NCBI GenBank assembly: GCA_965224235.1
Contig: CBDCYP010000001.1
Span: 768,848-832,847, forward strand
DNA from: Dehalococcoidia bacterium
Lineage (GTDB): Bacteria > Chloroflexota > Dehalococcoidia > Lucifugimonadales > Lucifugimonadaceae
Direction: 5' to 3'
DNA length: 64,000 nucleotides
Of the stretch, positions 1 through 6,946 are shown one piece after another; the stretch's first letter is position 1, and each line of letters starts with the position of its first letter. Both the position numbers and the translations under genes were made by a program. The notes beneath the pieces are model-generated. The model saw nothing but the letters and a program-made list of their open reading frames with translations. It had not been told where the DNA came from and made no database searches.

Positions 1-477
1 GCGGCTTATCGTCTTCAATCTGGCGTCGAGGGCCTGCGGCGGGTCTCTACGCGTAGTTGGGAAGACGACGTGCGCGCCCGTGTCGTACAACTTGGCGTAC
101 GAAGCGAAAACGATCGGCGTCATCTTGACCACCACGGTCGCCCGCTCCGGCTCCAGCAGAGATGTCCCCGACCCGCGCGAGATCATCTGCGTTACCCAAT
201 AATCGCCGTTCGGTTGACGCATCCTGTCGTTGCGGCGCGCCAACTCTTCCGTGATCGACTGCAGTTCATCTATCGACATGCCCGGATCGATCCGCACCAT
301 GTGAAGGGCCTTGTACAGCCGCTCCAGGTGTTCCCTCAGCCGGAACACCTTGCCCGCGAACGTCCGCTCTGTGTCGAAAACCGCATCGCCGACCGAAAGG
401 GCGCGGTCCAACACCGAGATCTTCGCCTCAGAGGTCGGCACAAACTCGCCGTTAACGTATTGGATCAGCTCTTGCAT
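1..477 (-). CDS. class IV (branched-chain / D-amino-acid) PLP aminotransferase, 5' part; 3' end lies outside the window
   Basis: Not in the ORF track because it runs off the window edge. Manual minus-strand translation from the ATG at 477-475 gives MQELIQYVNGEFVPTSEAKISVLDRALSVGDAVFDTERTFAGKVFRLREHLERLYKAL..., a typical fold-type IV aminotransferase N-terminus. The frame is open to position 1. Confidence 0.75.
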   Translation of the reverse strand, partial: MQELIQYVNGEFVPTSEAKISVLDRALSVGDAVFDTERTFAGKVFRLREHLERLYKALHMVRIDPGMSIDELQSITEELARRNDRMRQPNGDYWVTQMISRGSGTSLLEPERATVVVKMTPIVFASYAKLYDTGAHVVFPTTRRDPPQALDARLKTISR

Positions 478-558
478 TGGAATCACCCCGCTGTACCTGT
501 GCGTACGGATTGAGCGGATTTTAGGCCAATCGTCAGCCCGGCGCGCAAGGCTGGCGCC

Positions 559-1746
559 CTATTCCGCCGCATTCTTCAGCGCCCCCGCCAAATTGCCGCG
601 CGGCTCTACTGCCGTATGCCGCAGACCGAGCCACTCCGCCATCGACTCCAATTCCCGCGCCAAGGCCGCCGATACGTCGCCAGCGTCGCGGCCTTTCTCA
701 AGGTACGCGGCCTGAACCAGCAAGACGCCGGCGCCACGGTCTGCCTTCAGATCGACCCGCGCGACGAGTTCACCGGCGTGAAGAAACGGGTAGACGTAGT
801 AGCCGTACCGTCTCTTGGACTTCGGCACGTATATTTCGATGCGATATAAGAATTCGAAGAGCCGCTCTGTCCGGTCCCGAAACCAGACCAGGGAGTCGAA
901 CGGGCTAATGATGGCCGTTGCGCCGGCCCGACGCGGCAGCCGGGCGTCCCTGTGCATGTACGCACGCGGAGGCCAACCCTCGACGCTGGCTTCGTTAAGT
1001 AGGCCCTCTTCGACTATTTCCCGCACCCGGGGCCGTGCTTCGGGAACCTTGATCCGGTAGTAGTCGGCCAGGTCGGCCAGCGTCCCGATCCCGAGGGCCT
1101 CGGCGCCGAGTATGAGCATCTCGCGTTGGGCGTCTTCCCGTGACATTGGGGGCATTTGCAGGAACTTGGTCGGAATCACTCTTTCGGCCAAGTCGTAGAC
1201 CCGGGTGAAGTTCCCGCGTCTGCTCGCCGCGAGTGAGCCGGTGTGAAACAGCCACTCCAGGGCCACCTTGCCCCTGCTCAGCCCCCACCACGGGCCGTTT
1301 CGCTGGCCTGCCTCGTCAAGGTCAGACACGGTCAAAGGGCCGCGTGCGGCCACCTGTTGCCGCACTGACTCGATGTAGTCCCGATGCTCGTCGATCAGGC
1401 ATTGCAACTGCGGCCAGGGCCGCGCAGTATCCATACGGTGCCGAAGCAACGGGTAGTGGACCATCGGCATGAGCGATGCCATGTGGCCCCAGCCCTCGAA
1501 GAGCCTCGATTTGCTATAGGCGAAGTCGTCCAGGCGCTCACGGGGATAGGGTCCGAGCCGCGAGAACGCCGGCATGTAGTGCGTACGCACTGCCACGTTC
1601 ACCGAGTCGAGTTGCAGCAGCTTTACGTGCTTGAGCAGGCGGTCGTAGTGCCGGGCGTCGACACGTCCCGACGGCCGGTTGACGGCGAATCCCTGGGCGG
1701 CGAGGGCAACGCGGCGCGCCTCTGCGCGGGTTAGTGCGATCTTCAT
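559..1746 (-). CDS. ycaQ: winged-helix DNA glycosylase of the YcaQ/AlkZ (DUF1006) family
   Basis: ORF 559..1800. Family-typical N-terminus MKIALTRAEARRVALAAQGF... begins at the internal ATG 1746, so the TTG at 1800 is probably too far upstream. Length and motifs (HYMPAFSRLGPY, FEGWGH, YVPKSKRRYGYYVYPFL) match the family from memory. Confidence 0.75.
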   Translation of the reverse strand: MKIALTRAEARRVALAAQGFAVNRPSGRVDARHYDRLLKHVKLLQLDSVNVAVRTHYMPAFSRLGPYPRERLDDFAYSKSRLFEGWGHMASLMPMVHYPLLRHRMDTARPWPQLQCLIDEHRDYIESVRQQVAARGPLTVSDLDEAGQRNGPWWGLSRGKVALEWLFHTGSLAASRRGNFTRVYDLAERVIPTKFLQMPPMSREDAQREMLILGAEALGIGTLADLADYYRIKVPEARPRVREIVEEGLLNEASVEGWPPRAYMHRDARLPRRAGATAIISPFDSLVWFRDRTERLFEFLYRIEIYVPKSKRRYGYYVYPFLHAGELVARVDLKADRGAGVLLVQAAYLEKGRDAGDVSAALARELESMAEWLGLRHTAVEPRGNLAGALKNAAE

Positions 1747-2037
1747 GAGCAGAAGACGAATGAAGCGCGGCGCGGCGGTCCGGATTTCCGAAGCGGGCAA
1801 CGACCCAACGTCATGGCGAAGCGGCTCATGGCCTCACGATGCCTCCGTCGGCGCGCCGAATCTCGTTCCACGCGCCCCCGAACTCCCATTCGCCATGCGG
1901 AAACTTCGCCGCAAGTTCCTCGTCGATGTCGATGCCCAGGCCAGGCTTGCCGTTTGACCACATGTGACCGTCCCGGACCTCGGGGCAGCCGGGGAATACC
2001 TCTTTCGTGAGCTCGCCGAAAACGGCGTATTCCTGCA
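1685..2037. repeat. direct repeat copy 1 (353 bp; manD 3' end + intergenic + ycaQ 5' end)
   Basis: Aligns base-for-base with 3127-3479 at an offset of 1442, with no indels and 6 substitutions counted by eye. Confidence 0.95.
1826..2037 (-). pseudogene. 3' fragment (last ~70 codons) of a ManD-type enolase-superfamily dehydratase
   Basis: Collinear with the 3' end of CDS 3268..4560 and encodes ...EVFPGCPEVRDGHMWSNGKPGLGIDIDEELAAKFPHGEWEFGGAWNEIRRADGGIVRP*. Homology stops abruptly at 2037 and there is no upstream part of the gene. Confidence 0.85.
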
Positions 2038-2049
2038 GGACCGGACCAA

Positions 2050-2214
2050 GTGTCTAGAGGTCTAGGGACACTCTGAACAAGTGGCCGATGCGCTTGGCAG
2101 AGCGGAGGTTCCCCCCTCCTGAATCCTCCCCCTATGGGGGAGGAGGCCAGAACCCTTCGACAAGCTCAGGGCGAACGGATTGGAACGCGGAGTTGTTCAG
2201 AGGTTCCCTAGACG
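2050..2214. mobile_element. MITE/REP-like element with 23-nt imperfect terminal inverted repeats
   Basis: Left end 2050-2072 is ggtctagggacactctgaacaag. The reverse complement of right end 2192-2214 is cgtctagggaacctctgaacaac, matching 19 of the 23 aligned positions: a 9-nt block (gtctaggga) and a 10-nt block (ctctgaacaa) separated by two mismatches. The interior holds the GC hairpin cctccccc-tat-gggggagg (2125-2143) and the string ttcgacaagctcagggcgaacgg, which resembles dispersed repeats seen in uncultured high-GC genomes. Confidence 0.55.
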
Positions 2215-2571
2215 TTCACATTTTTCGGCAAACTGTATTCGAGTCATCTCATCCTTTTCACCGACGACATCCGAGTGAGCTTCAAAAGACTCGTCCGGCG
2301 TATGCTCAACCGCCTGGTTCAAGCTCCAACAGGTCGCAACTGTGACTCGCACCACGCATCCTGTTTCGGACCACTTTGGGAATTTTGCGAGTACCTGTTT
2401 GGGGGTCGCTAACTGCTCTGCCGCGACAGACATCCGGTTTGTCTTCACAGGGCGCGAATTGTTTTGGAAGGCACCGGGAACGATTGACCCATTCGGTTCG
2501 ATCCATCTCGGATGCACGGCGCGCAATAACCCGTCATCGGCTTGAAAGTCGATCCTCGCAGTCCGTGACAT
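2197..2571 (-). CDS. hypothetical protein (124 aa), downstream gene of the inserted two-gene cassette; no family recognised
   Basis: ORF track 2197..2571 with an ATG start, 19 nt after the stop of the upstream gene. No Tyr residues. The last 5 codons and the stop lie inside the right inverted repeat of the MITE-like element. Confidence 0.6.
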   Translation of the reverse strand: MSRTARIDFQADDGLLRAVHPRWIEPNGSIVPGAFQNNSRPVKTNRMSVAAEQLATPKQVLAKFPKWSETGCVVRVTVATCWSLNQAVEHTPDESFEAHSDVVGEKDEMTRIQFAEKCERLGNL

Positions 2572-2590
2572 TCTTGGGGTGCGTTGACCG

Positions 2591-3022
2591 TTAACTATCG
2601 AATCTTAGTCCGACCAGACGATCAACGACCTCATTCCCGCATCCGGCTGCCCCCTCCTCGGCCTCCAATTCACCGGTCGCAGCTCTCACGGCTCGCACCA
2701 ATCGGATTTCACCGCAAACGTCTACGCGCGCAAGGAGACGATCTGTGCCACGGGTTCCCCAAGACAATTCAATCCCGCCGTCAACCAGCGGCGCCGCGAA
2801 AGGAGACGGGCAGTCGGTGGGAGCAATTACGCTCAGCACTTGGTAAGCCACTGAATAGGCGGAGCGAGATGGAGCAATGGACTCATCGTCATACCAGCCG
2901 TCTTCAAGCTCTCGAAGGGTTGCCAATTGGCAAATATCGTCCGGTCGAGGTGCCGCGGTCCGCGTTCCACCGGGGACAAAAAAGGCCTCGATTCCTGTAA
3001 CCTCCTCGCGTTCAATAGTCAT
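2591..3022 (-). CDS. hypothetical protein (143 aa), upstream gene of the inserted two-gene cassette; no family recognised
   Basis: ORF 2591..3151 trimmed to ATG 3022, which has a GGAGGG Shine-Dalgarno 7 nt upstream (ccctcc at 3030-3035 on the plus strand). Notable motifs are LATLRELEDGWYDDESIAP and DGGIELSW. Codons are visibly more A/T-ending than in neighbouring genes. Confidence 0.65.
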   Translation of the reverse strand: MTIEREEVTGIEAFFVPGGTRTAAPRPDDICQLATLRELEDGWYDDESIAPSRSAYSVAYQVLSVIAPTDCPSPFAAPLVDGGIELSWGTRGTDRLLARVDVCGEIRLVRAVRAATGELEAEEGAAGCGNEVVDRLVGLRFDS

Positions 3023-3096
3023 CACAATTCCCTCCAATAAGGAGAATGTTTGGGCGATTCCAAACCCGACGCAGTCGCGGCACTGATCGGAACGCG

Positions 3097-3188
3097 AGCT
3101 TAACACGCCCCGACAACCGCTTCCCTGCGAATCCCTGGGCGGCGAGGGCAACGCGGCGCGCCTCTGCGCGGGTTAGTGCGATCTTCAT
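3097..3188 (-). pseudogene. 5' remnant of a ycaQ allele (about 30 codons)
   Basis: MKIALTRAEARRVALAAQGFA is identical to ycaQ codons 1-21. The next part, GKRLSGRVK, is still recognisably related to ycaQ VNRPSGRVD, and after that the sequence is unrelated. It forms part of the chimeric 76-aa ORF 3012..3242. Confidence 0.8.
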
Positions 3189-3479
3189 GAGCAGAAGACG
3201 AGTGAAGCGCGGCGCGGCGGTCCGGATTTCCGAAGCGGGCAACGACGCAACGTCATGGCGAAGCGGCTCATGGCCTCACGATGCCTCCGTCGGCGCGTCG
3301 GATCTCGTTCCACGCGCCCCCGAACTCCCATTCGCTATGCGGAAACTTCGCCGCAAGTTCCTCGTCGATGTCGATGCCCAGGCCAGGCTTGCCGTTTGAC
3401 CACATGTGACCGTCCCGGACCTCGGGGCAGCCGGGGAAGACCTCTTTCGTGAGCTCGCCGAAAACGGCGTATTCCTGCA
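3127..3479. repeat. direct repeat copy 2 (353 bp)
   Basis: See copy 1. This copy is contiguous with the complete dehydratase gene 3268..4560. Confidence 0.95.
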
Positions 3480-4560
3480 CTCCGAAGTTCCAGCAGTTCA
3501 GGTCCATCATCAGGTTTGCGGCGTGGCCGACTGGAGACGTATCCCCCGGCCCATGCCACGCCGTTCGCACCCCGAACATCTCCGCCATCGCGGCCAACTT
3601 GCGGCACGGCGTGATCCCGCCCATCTGCGAAACGTGGATTCGTATGAAGTCGATCAGCCGGTCCTTGACCATGGGAATCACCTCGTGCGGGTTGTTCCAC
3701 AGTTCGCCCATCGCCAACGGCGTTGCGCATAACTGACGGACCAGCCGGAAGTAGTCTTGGTCCTCCGGCGAAAACAGGTCTTCGAGGAAGAACAGGCGGT
3801 ACTGCTCGACCTCTTTGGCGAACCAAACGCCGCCGATCGCCGGGATGCGCTCGTGGACATCGTGGAGCATCTCGAAATCCCAGCCGCACTGTGAACGAAC
3901 GCGGTCGAACAGCCCCAGGGCGCTGTTCATGTACGGCTTCGGCTCAAATATGCCGGGCGGGTGCGCGTATTTCTTGTCGGGCGACAGTTCCTTTGTCCAG
4001 GTGGCAACGGGGCGAGGACCGCCGCCGGTCCCCGGGGCAGTTTCGGTTGATGGAAGCAAGCCTTTTGTGCCGTACGTCGCGTAGCCGGGCGTGTCGACCT
4101 GAACGCGGACGTGGTGGAATCCCTGATCCAGGAAGGAGCTCACTTTGTCCGCTACCTCTACCGACTCTCTTCCGCTTGCGTGGACATAGACTGCGGCGGC
4201 CTCACGCGCCCTCCCTCCCAGGAGGTCATACACCGGCATGCCGGCCATCTTGCCCTTGATGTCCCACAGAGCCTGATCGACTCCGCTCAGCGCATTGTTG
4301 AGAATGCCGCCGTTGCGCCAATACGAACTGACGTAACTCGATTGCCAGATGTCCTCGATGTCGCTCACGTTCCGACCGATCAGAAACGGGCGCAGATAAT
4401 TCTCCACCGCGACCTTCACCGGCAGCGGCCGCTGGGTGAACGTGGCGCAGCCGACCCCGTAAAGGCCCGGTTCGCTTGTTTCCACCTTGACGATCACGAG
4501 GCGGATGCCGTCCGGTTCGGTCAGGATGACTCTTATGTCTCTGATCGTGACGTTATTCAT
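3268..4560 (-). CDS. enolase-superfamily dehydratase, D-mannonate/D-galactonate dehydratase (ManD/RspA-like) subgroup
   Basis: 430-aa ORF with N-terminus IRDIRVILTEPDGIRLVIVKVETSEPGLYGVGCATF...VDQALWDIKGKMAGMPVYDLLGG, typical of the mandelate racemase / muconate lactonizing family. GAGGAG Shine-Dalgarno before the ATG. Confidence 0.8.
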   Translation of the reverse strand: MNNVTIRDIRVILTEPDGIRLVIVKVETSEPGLYGVGCATFTQRPLPVKVAVENYLRPFLIGRNVSDIEDIWQSSYVSSYWRNGGILNNALSGVDQALWDIKGKMAGMPVYDLLGGRAREAAAVYVHASGRESVEVADKVSSFLDQGFHHVRVQVDTPGYATYGTKGLLPSTETAPGTGGGPRPVATWTKELSPDKKYAHPPGIFEPKPYMNSALGLFDRVRSQCGWDFEMLHDVHERIPAIGGVWFAKEVEQYRLFFLEDLFSPEDQDYFRLVRQLCATPLAMGELWNNPHEVIPMVKDRLIDFIRIHVSQMGGITPCRKLAAMAEMFGVRTAWHGPGDTSPVGHAANLMMDLNCWNFGVQEYAVFGELTKEVFPGCPEVRDGHMWSNGKPGLGIDIDEELAAKFPHSEWEFGGAWNEIRRADGGIVRP

Positions 4561-4619
4561 GTGAATCTCCTCGTCCGGGTATGTGTCGCCGGTCGTCGTC
4601 GATGCTGCCGCTCAGGGAC

Positions 4620-5867
4620 TCAAGGCCGGACAATCGCGCCGTCGGCGCTGCGAACGAGTTCCCTGAACATGTCCCGCTCCGGTATCGGATAACTCGCTGC
4701 CAACTTCTCGTCGATATCGACGCCAAGTCCGGGCTTGCCGTTAGGCCACATATGACCCTCCCGTACTTCGGGGCAGCCGGGGAATACCTCGCGGGTCCGT
4801 TCGGGAAACACCGCCCACTCGTGGACGCCGAAGTTCCACGTGTTCAACTCCAGCATCAGGTTGGCTGCGTGCCCGACGGGGGAAGTGCCTCCCGGCCCGT
4901 GCCACACGGTGCGAACGCCGAACATCTCGCTTAACGCAGCGTACTTGCGGCACGGTGTAAAGCCTCCCACCCGCGAGACGTGAATCCGGATGAAATCGAT
5001 CAGGCGCTCTTTGACCATCGGGATGATCTCGTGCGGGTTCGACCAAAGCTCCCCCATGGCGATGGGAGTCGTACAGATCTGGCGCACATGCCGGAAGTAG
5101 TCCTGATCCTCGGGGGTGAACAGGTCTTCCAGGAAGAAGAGGCGGTACTGCTCCACCTCTTTGGCGAGCCACACTCCGTCGATCGCCGGGATGCGTTCGT
5201 GGACGTCGTGCAGCATCTCGAAATCCCAACCGACCTTGCTGCGGAGGTGATCGAACAGGCCGAGGGCAGACTTAATATAGGGCTTCGGCCCGAAGATTCC
5301 GCCGGACCATGACGTCACGGCCCGCGGCCCGCCCATCGTTCCGGTACGCCCGTCCACGTCGAGGCCGCTGCGCGCGCCATAGGTATGGTATCCCGGCGTT
5401 TCGACCTGAACCCTCAGGTAGTGGAAACCCTGCTCAATATAGGCGCGCACCTGATCCTCGACAGCTTCGTTGTCTCGCCCGCTGGGGTGCACGTAGACTG
5501 CGGCCGCTTCTCTGGCGCGGCCGCCCAGCAGATCGTACACAGGCATGTTCCCCATCTTGCCCTTGATGTCCCACAGGGCCTGATCGACCCCGCTGAGAGC
5601 GTCTCCCAGAATCGTGCCGTTGCGCCAGTACGAACTGACGTTGGCAGACTGCCATATGTCTTCTATATCGAAGACGCTGCGGCCAATGAGAAACGGACGC
5701 AGATAGTCGTCCACCGCGGACTTGACCGTGAACGGTTGCCGGTCGTACGTCGCGCAGCCGAGGCCGTACAGACCCGGCTCGGTAGTTTCGACCTTGACGA
5801 CGGCGAGGGCGTTGTTGTCCGGCTGAGTAAGTATCGTCCGGATGTCGCGGATTTTTGGGTCGCTCAA
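4620..5867 (-). CDS. enolase-superfamily dehydratase (ManD/RspA-like), tandem paralog
   Basis: 415-aa ORF, collinear and highly similar to 3268..4560. TTG start preceded by GGAGGA. Confidence 0.8.
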   Translation of the reverse strand: MSDPKIRDIRTILTQPDNNALAVVKVETTEPGLYGLGCATYDRQPFTVKSAVDDYLRPFLIGRSVFDIEDIWQSANVSSYWRNGTILGDALSGVDQALWDIKGKMGNMPVYDLLGGRAREAAAVYVHPSGRDNEAVEDQVRAYIEQGFHYLRVQVETPGYHTYGARSGLDVDGRTGTMGGPRAVTSWSGGIFGPKPYIKSALGLFDHLRSKVGWDFEMLHDVHERIPAIDGVWLAKEVEQYRLFFLEDLFTPEDQDYFRHVRQICTTPIAMGELWSNPHEIIPMVKERLIDFIRIHVSRVGGFTPCRKYAALSEMFGVRTVWHGPGGTSPVGHAANLMLELNTWNFGVHEWAVFPERTREVFPGCPEVREGHMWPNGKPGLGVDIDEKLAASYPIPERDMFRELVRSADGAIVRP

Positions 5868-6046
5868 ATGATGTCCTCCGGCACGCAGCCCGATGTCAGG
5901 CGGGTACGGCGGATTGTATTACCCGCGTGATACTTCCCTAAACGGTCCGCTCAGGGACTCGGCTCGCGGTCGTCTGGCTCAGGTCCGGCCTTGTAGGCGT
6001 AGGACCGGGCTTATCCGGCCGGCGCAGAGCGTCGGACCGACGGGCG

Positions 6047-6250
6047 CTAGCCCCCGCCCACGGGCCGGACTATCTCTACCCGGTCACCGTGTCCGATCGT
6101 CGCATCGCCAAATTGACCCCGCGGCAACACGTCGCCGTTGATCGCCACAGCGAGGGAGCGGTTGGATAGACCCCGATCGTCGAGATAATCGACAAGACGA
6201 GTCGGGCCGTCGAGTTCGTAGGGCTTGCCGTTAATTGTTACCGAGATCAT
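6047..6250 (-). CDS. thiS: sulfur-carrier protein ThiS
   Basis: 67 aa ending in ...VGGG, a ubiquitin-like carrier. Overlaps the thiE stop by 4 nt. Confidence 0.85.
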   Translation of the reverse strand: MISVTINGKPYELDGPTRLVDYLDDRGLSNRSLAVAINGDVLPRGQFGDATIGHGDRVEIVRPVGGG

Positions 6251-6921
6251 TGGGTGTCATCGTCCAGCCCGCGCCGATCCATGGCATCTGTGATGGCAGC
6301 CGCCGCAAGACGCGGGTCTTTGGTTGCAAGTATCGCGCTAATGCAGGCCACACCCACCGCGCCCGCGCGCATCACCCAAGCCGCGTTCGACGCATCGATG
6401 CCGCCTATGCCAATGACGGGCAGGTCCACCACCGCGACGATGTTCCGGATGATGCCGGTCCCGCTTGCCTCTCCGCCGGGGTGGGACGAAGAGGGGTACA
6501 CGGTGCCCGCCATCAGATAGTCTGCACCTTCCGCCGCGGCCGACTCCGCCGCGGCAGCGCTGTGCACCGATCGGCCTGTGAGAAGTCCGGTCCCCGCGAT
6601 TCGCCGTGCCCGCGAGACAGGCATCGCCGACTCGGGGAGGTGTACCCCGTCGGCGCCGGTCTGCGCCGCCGACTCGGGGTCTCCGTTCACAACGAAAATC
6701 GCCCGGCCCCTCGTGACATCCCGAACAGCCATTGCCAGGTCAACTCTCGCGCAGCCGATCGACACATGGTCGCGCAACTGGACCATGTTGACGCCGCCTT
6801 CTATTGCCGCGTCGATGACGCTAGCCAATTGCGCCGGCGCGATGTGCGGACCCGGCCCGGCGACAAGGCACAGGACACGGTCCGGAACCAACGCGGGCGA
6901 CACTTGCCCAATCCGGCCCAT
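6247..6921 (-). CDS. thiE: thiamine-phosphate synthase
   Basis: 224 aa with VQLRDH, GADGVHL, GADYLMAGTVYPS and PVIGIGGI motifs. Confidence 0.85.
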   Translation of the reverse strand: MGRIGQVSPALVPDRVLCLVAGPGPHIAPAQLASVIDAAIEGGVNMVQLRDHVSIGCARVDLAMAVRDVTRGRAIFVVNGDPESAAQTGADGVHLPESAMPVSRARRIAGTGLLTGRSVHSAAAAESAAAEGADYLMAGTVYPSSSHPGGEASGTGIIRNIVAVVDLPVIGIGGIDASNAAWVMRAGAVGVACISAILATKDPRLAAAAITDAMDRRGLDDDTQ

Positions 6922-6946
6922 GCTACTTAAGCCCGTTGGGATTCCG

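Noticed and set aside
70-715. Plus-strand ORFs 70-513 and 311-715 at the left edge.
   Set aside because: The minus strand of 1-477 translates into a clear class IV aminotransferase N-terminus. The plus-strand ORFs are Arg-rich shadows, and one runs into the ycaQ 3' end.
2050-2214. Could the inverted-repeat element after cassette gene B be an integron attC site, making the cassette an integron gene cassette?
   Set aside because: The termini do not fit the R''/R' core consensus (RYYYAAC / GTTRRRY); the candidates are GAACAAC and GTTCAGA. At 165 bp the element is longer than typical attC sites. There is only one such site, and no intI integrase or attC array occurs in the window.
3012-3242. 76-aa ORF from the track, considered as an independent gene.
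   Set aside because: It is a chimera. An upstream TTG-initiated leader and 21 codons are copied from the ycaQ 5' region, followed by a diverged remnant and read-through into the gene A ribosome-binding region. It was annotated as a gene remnant instead.
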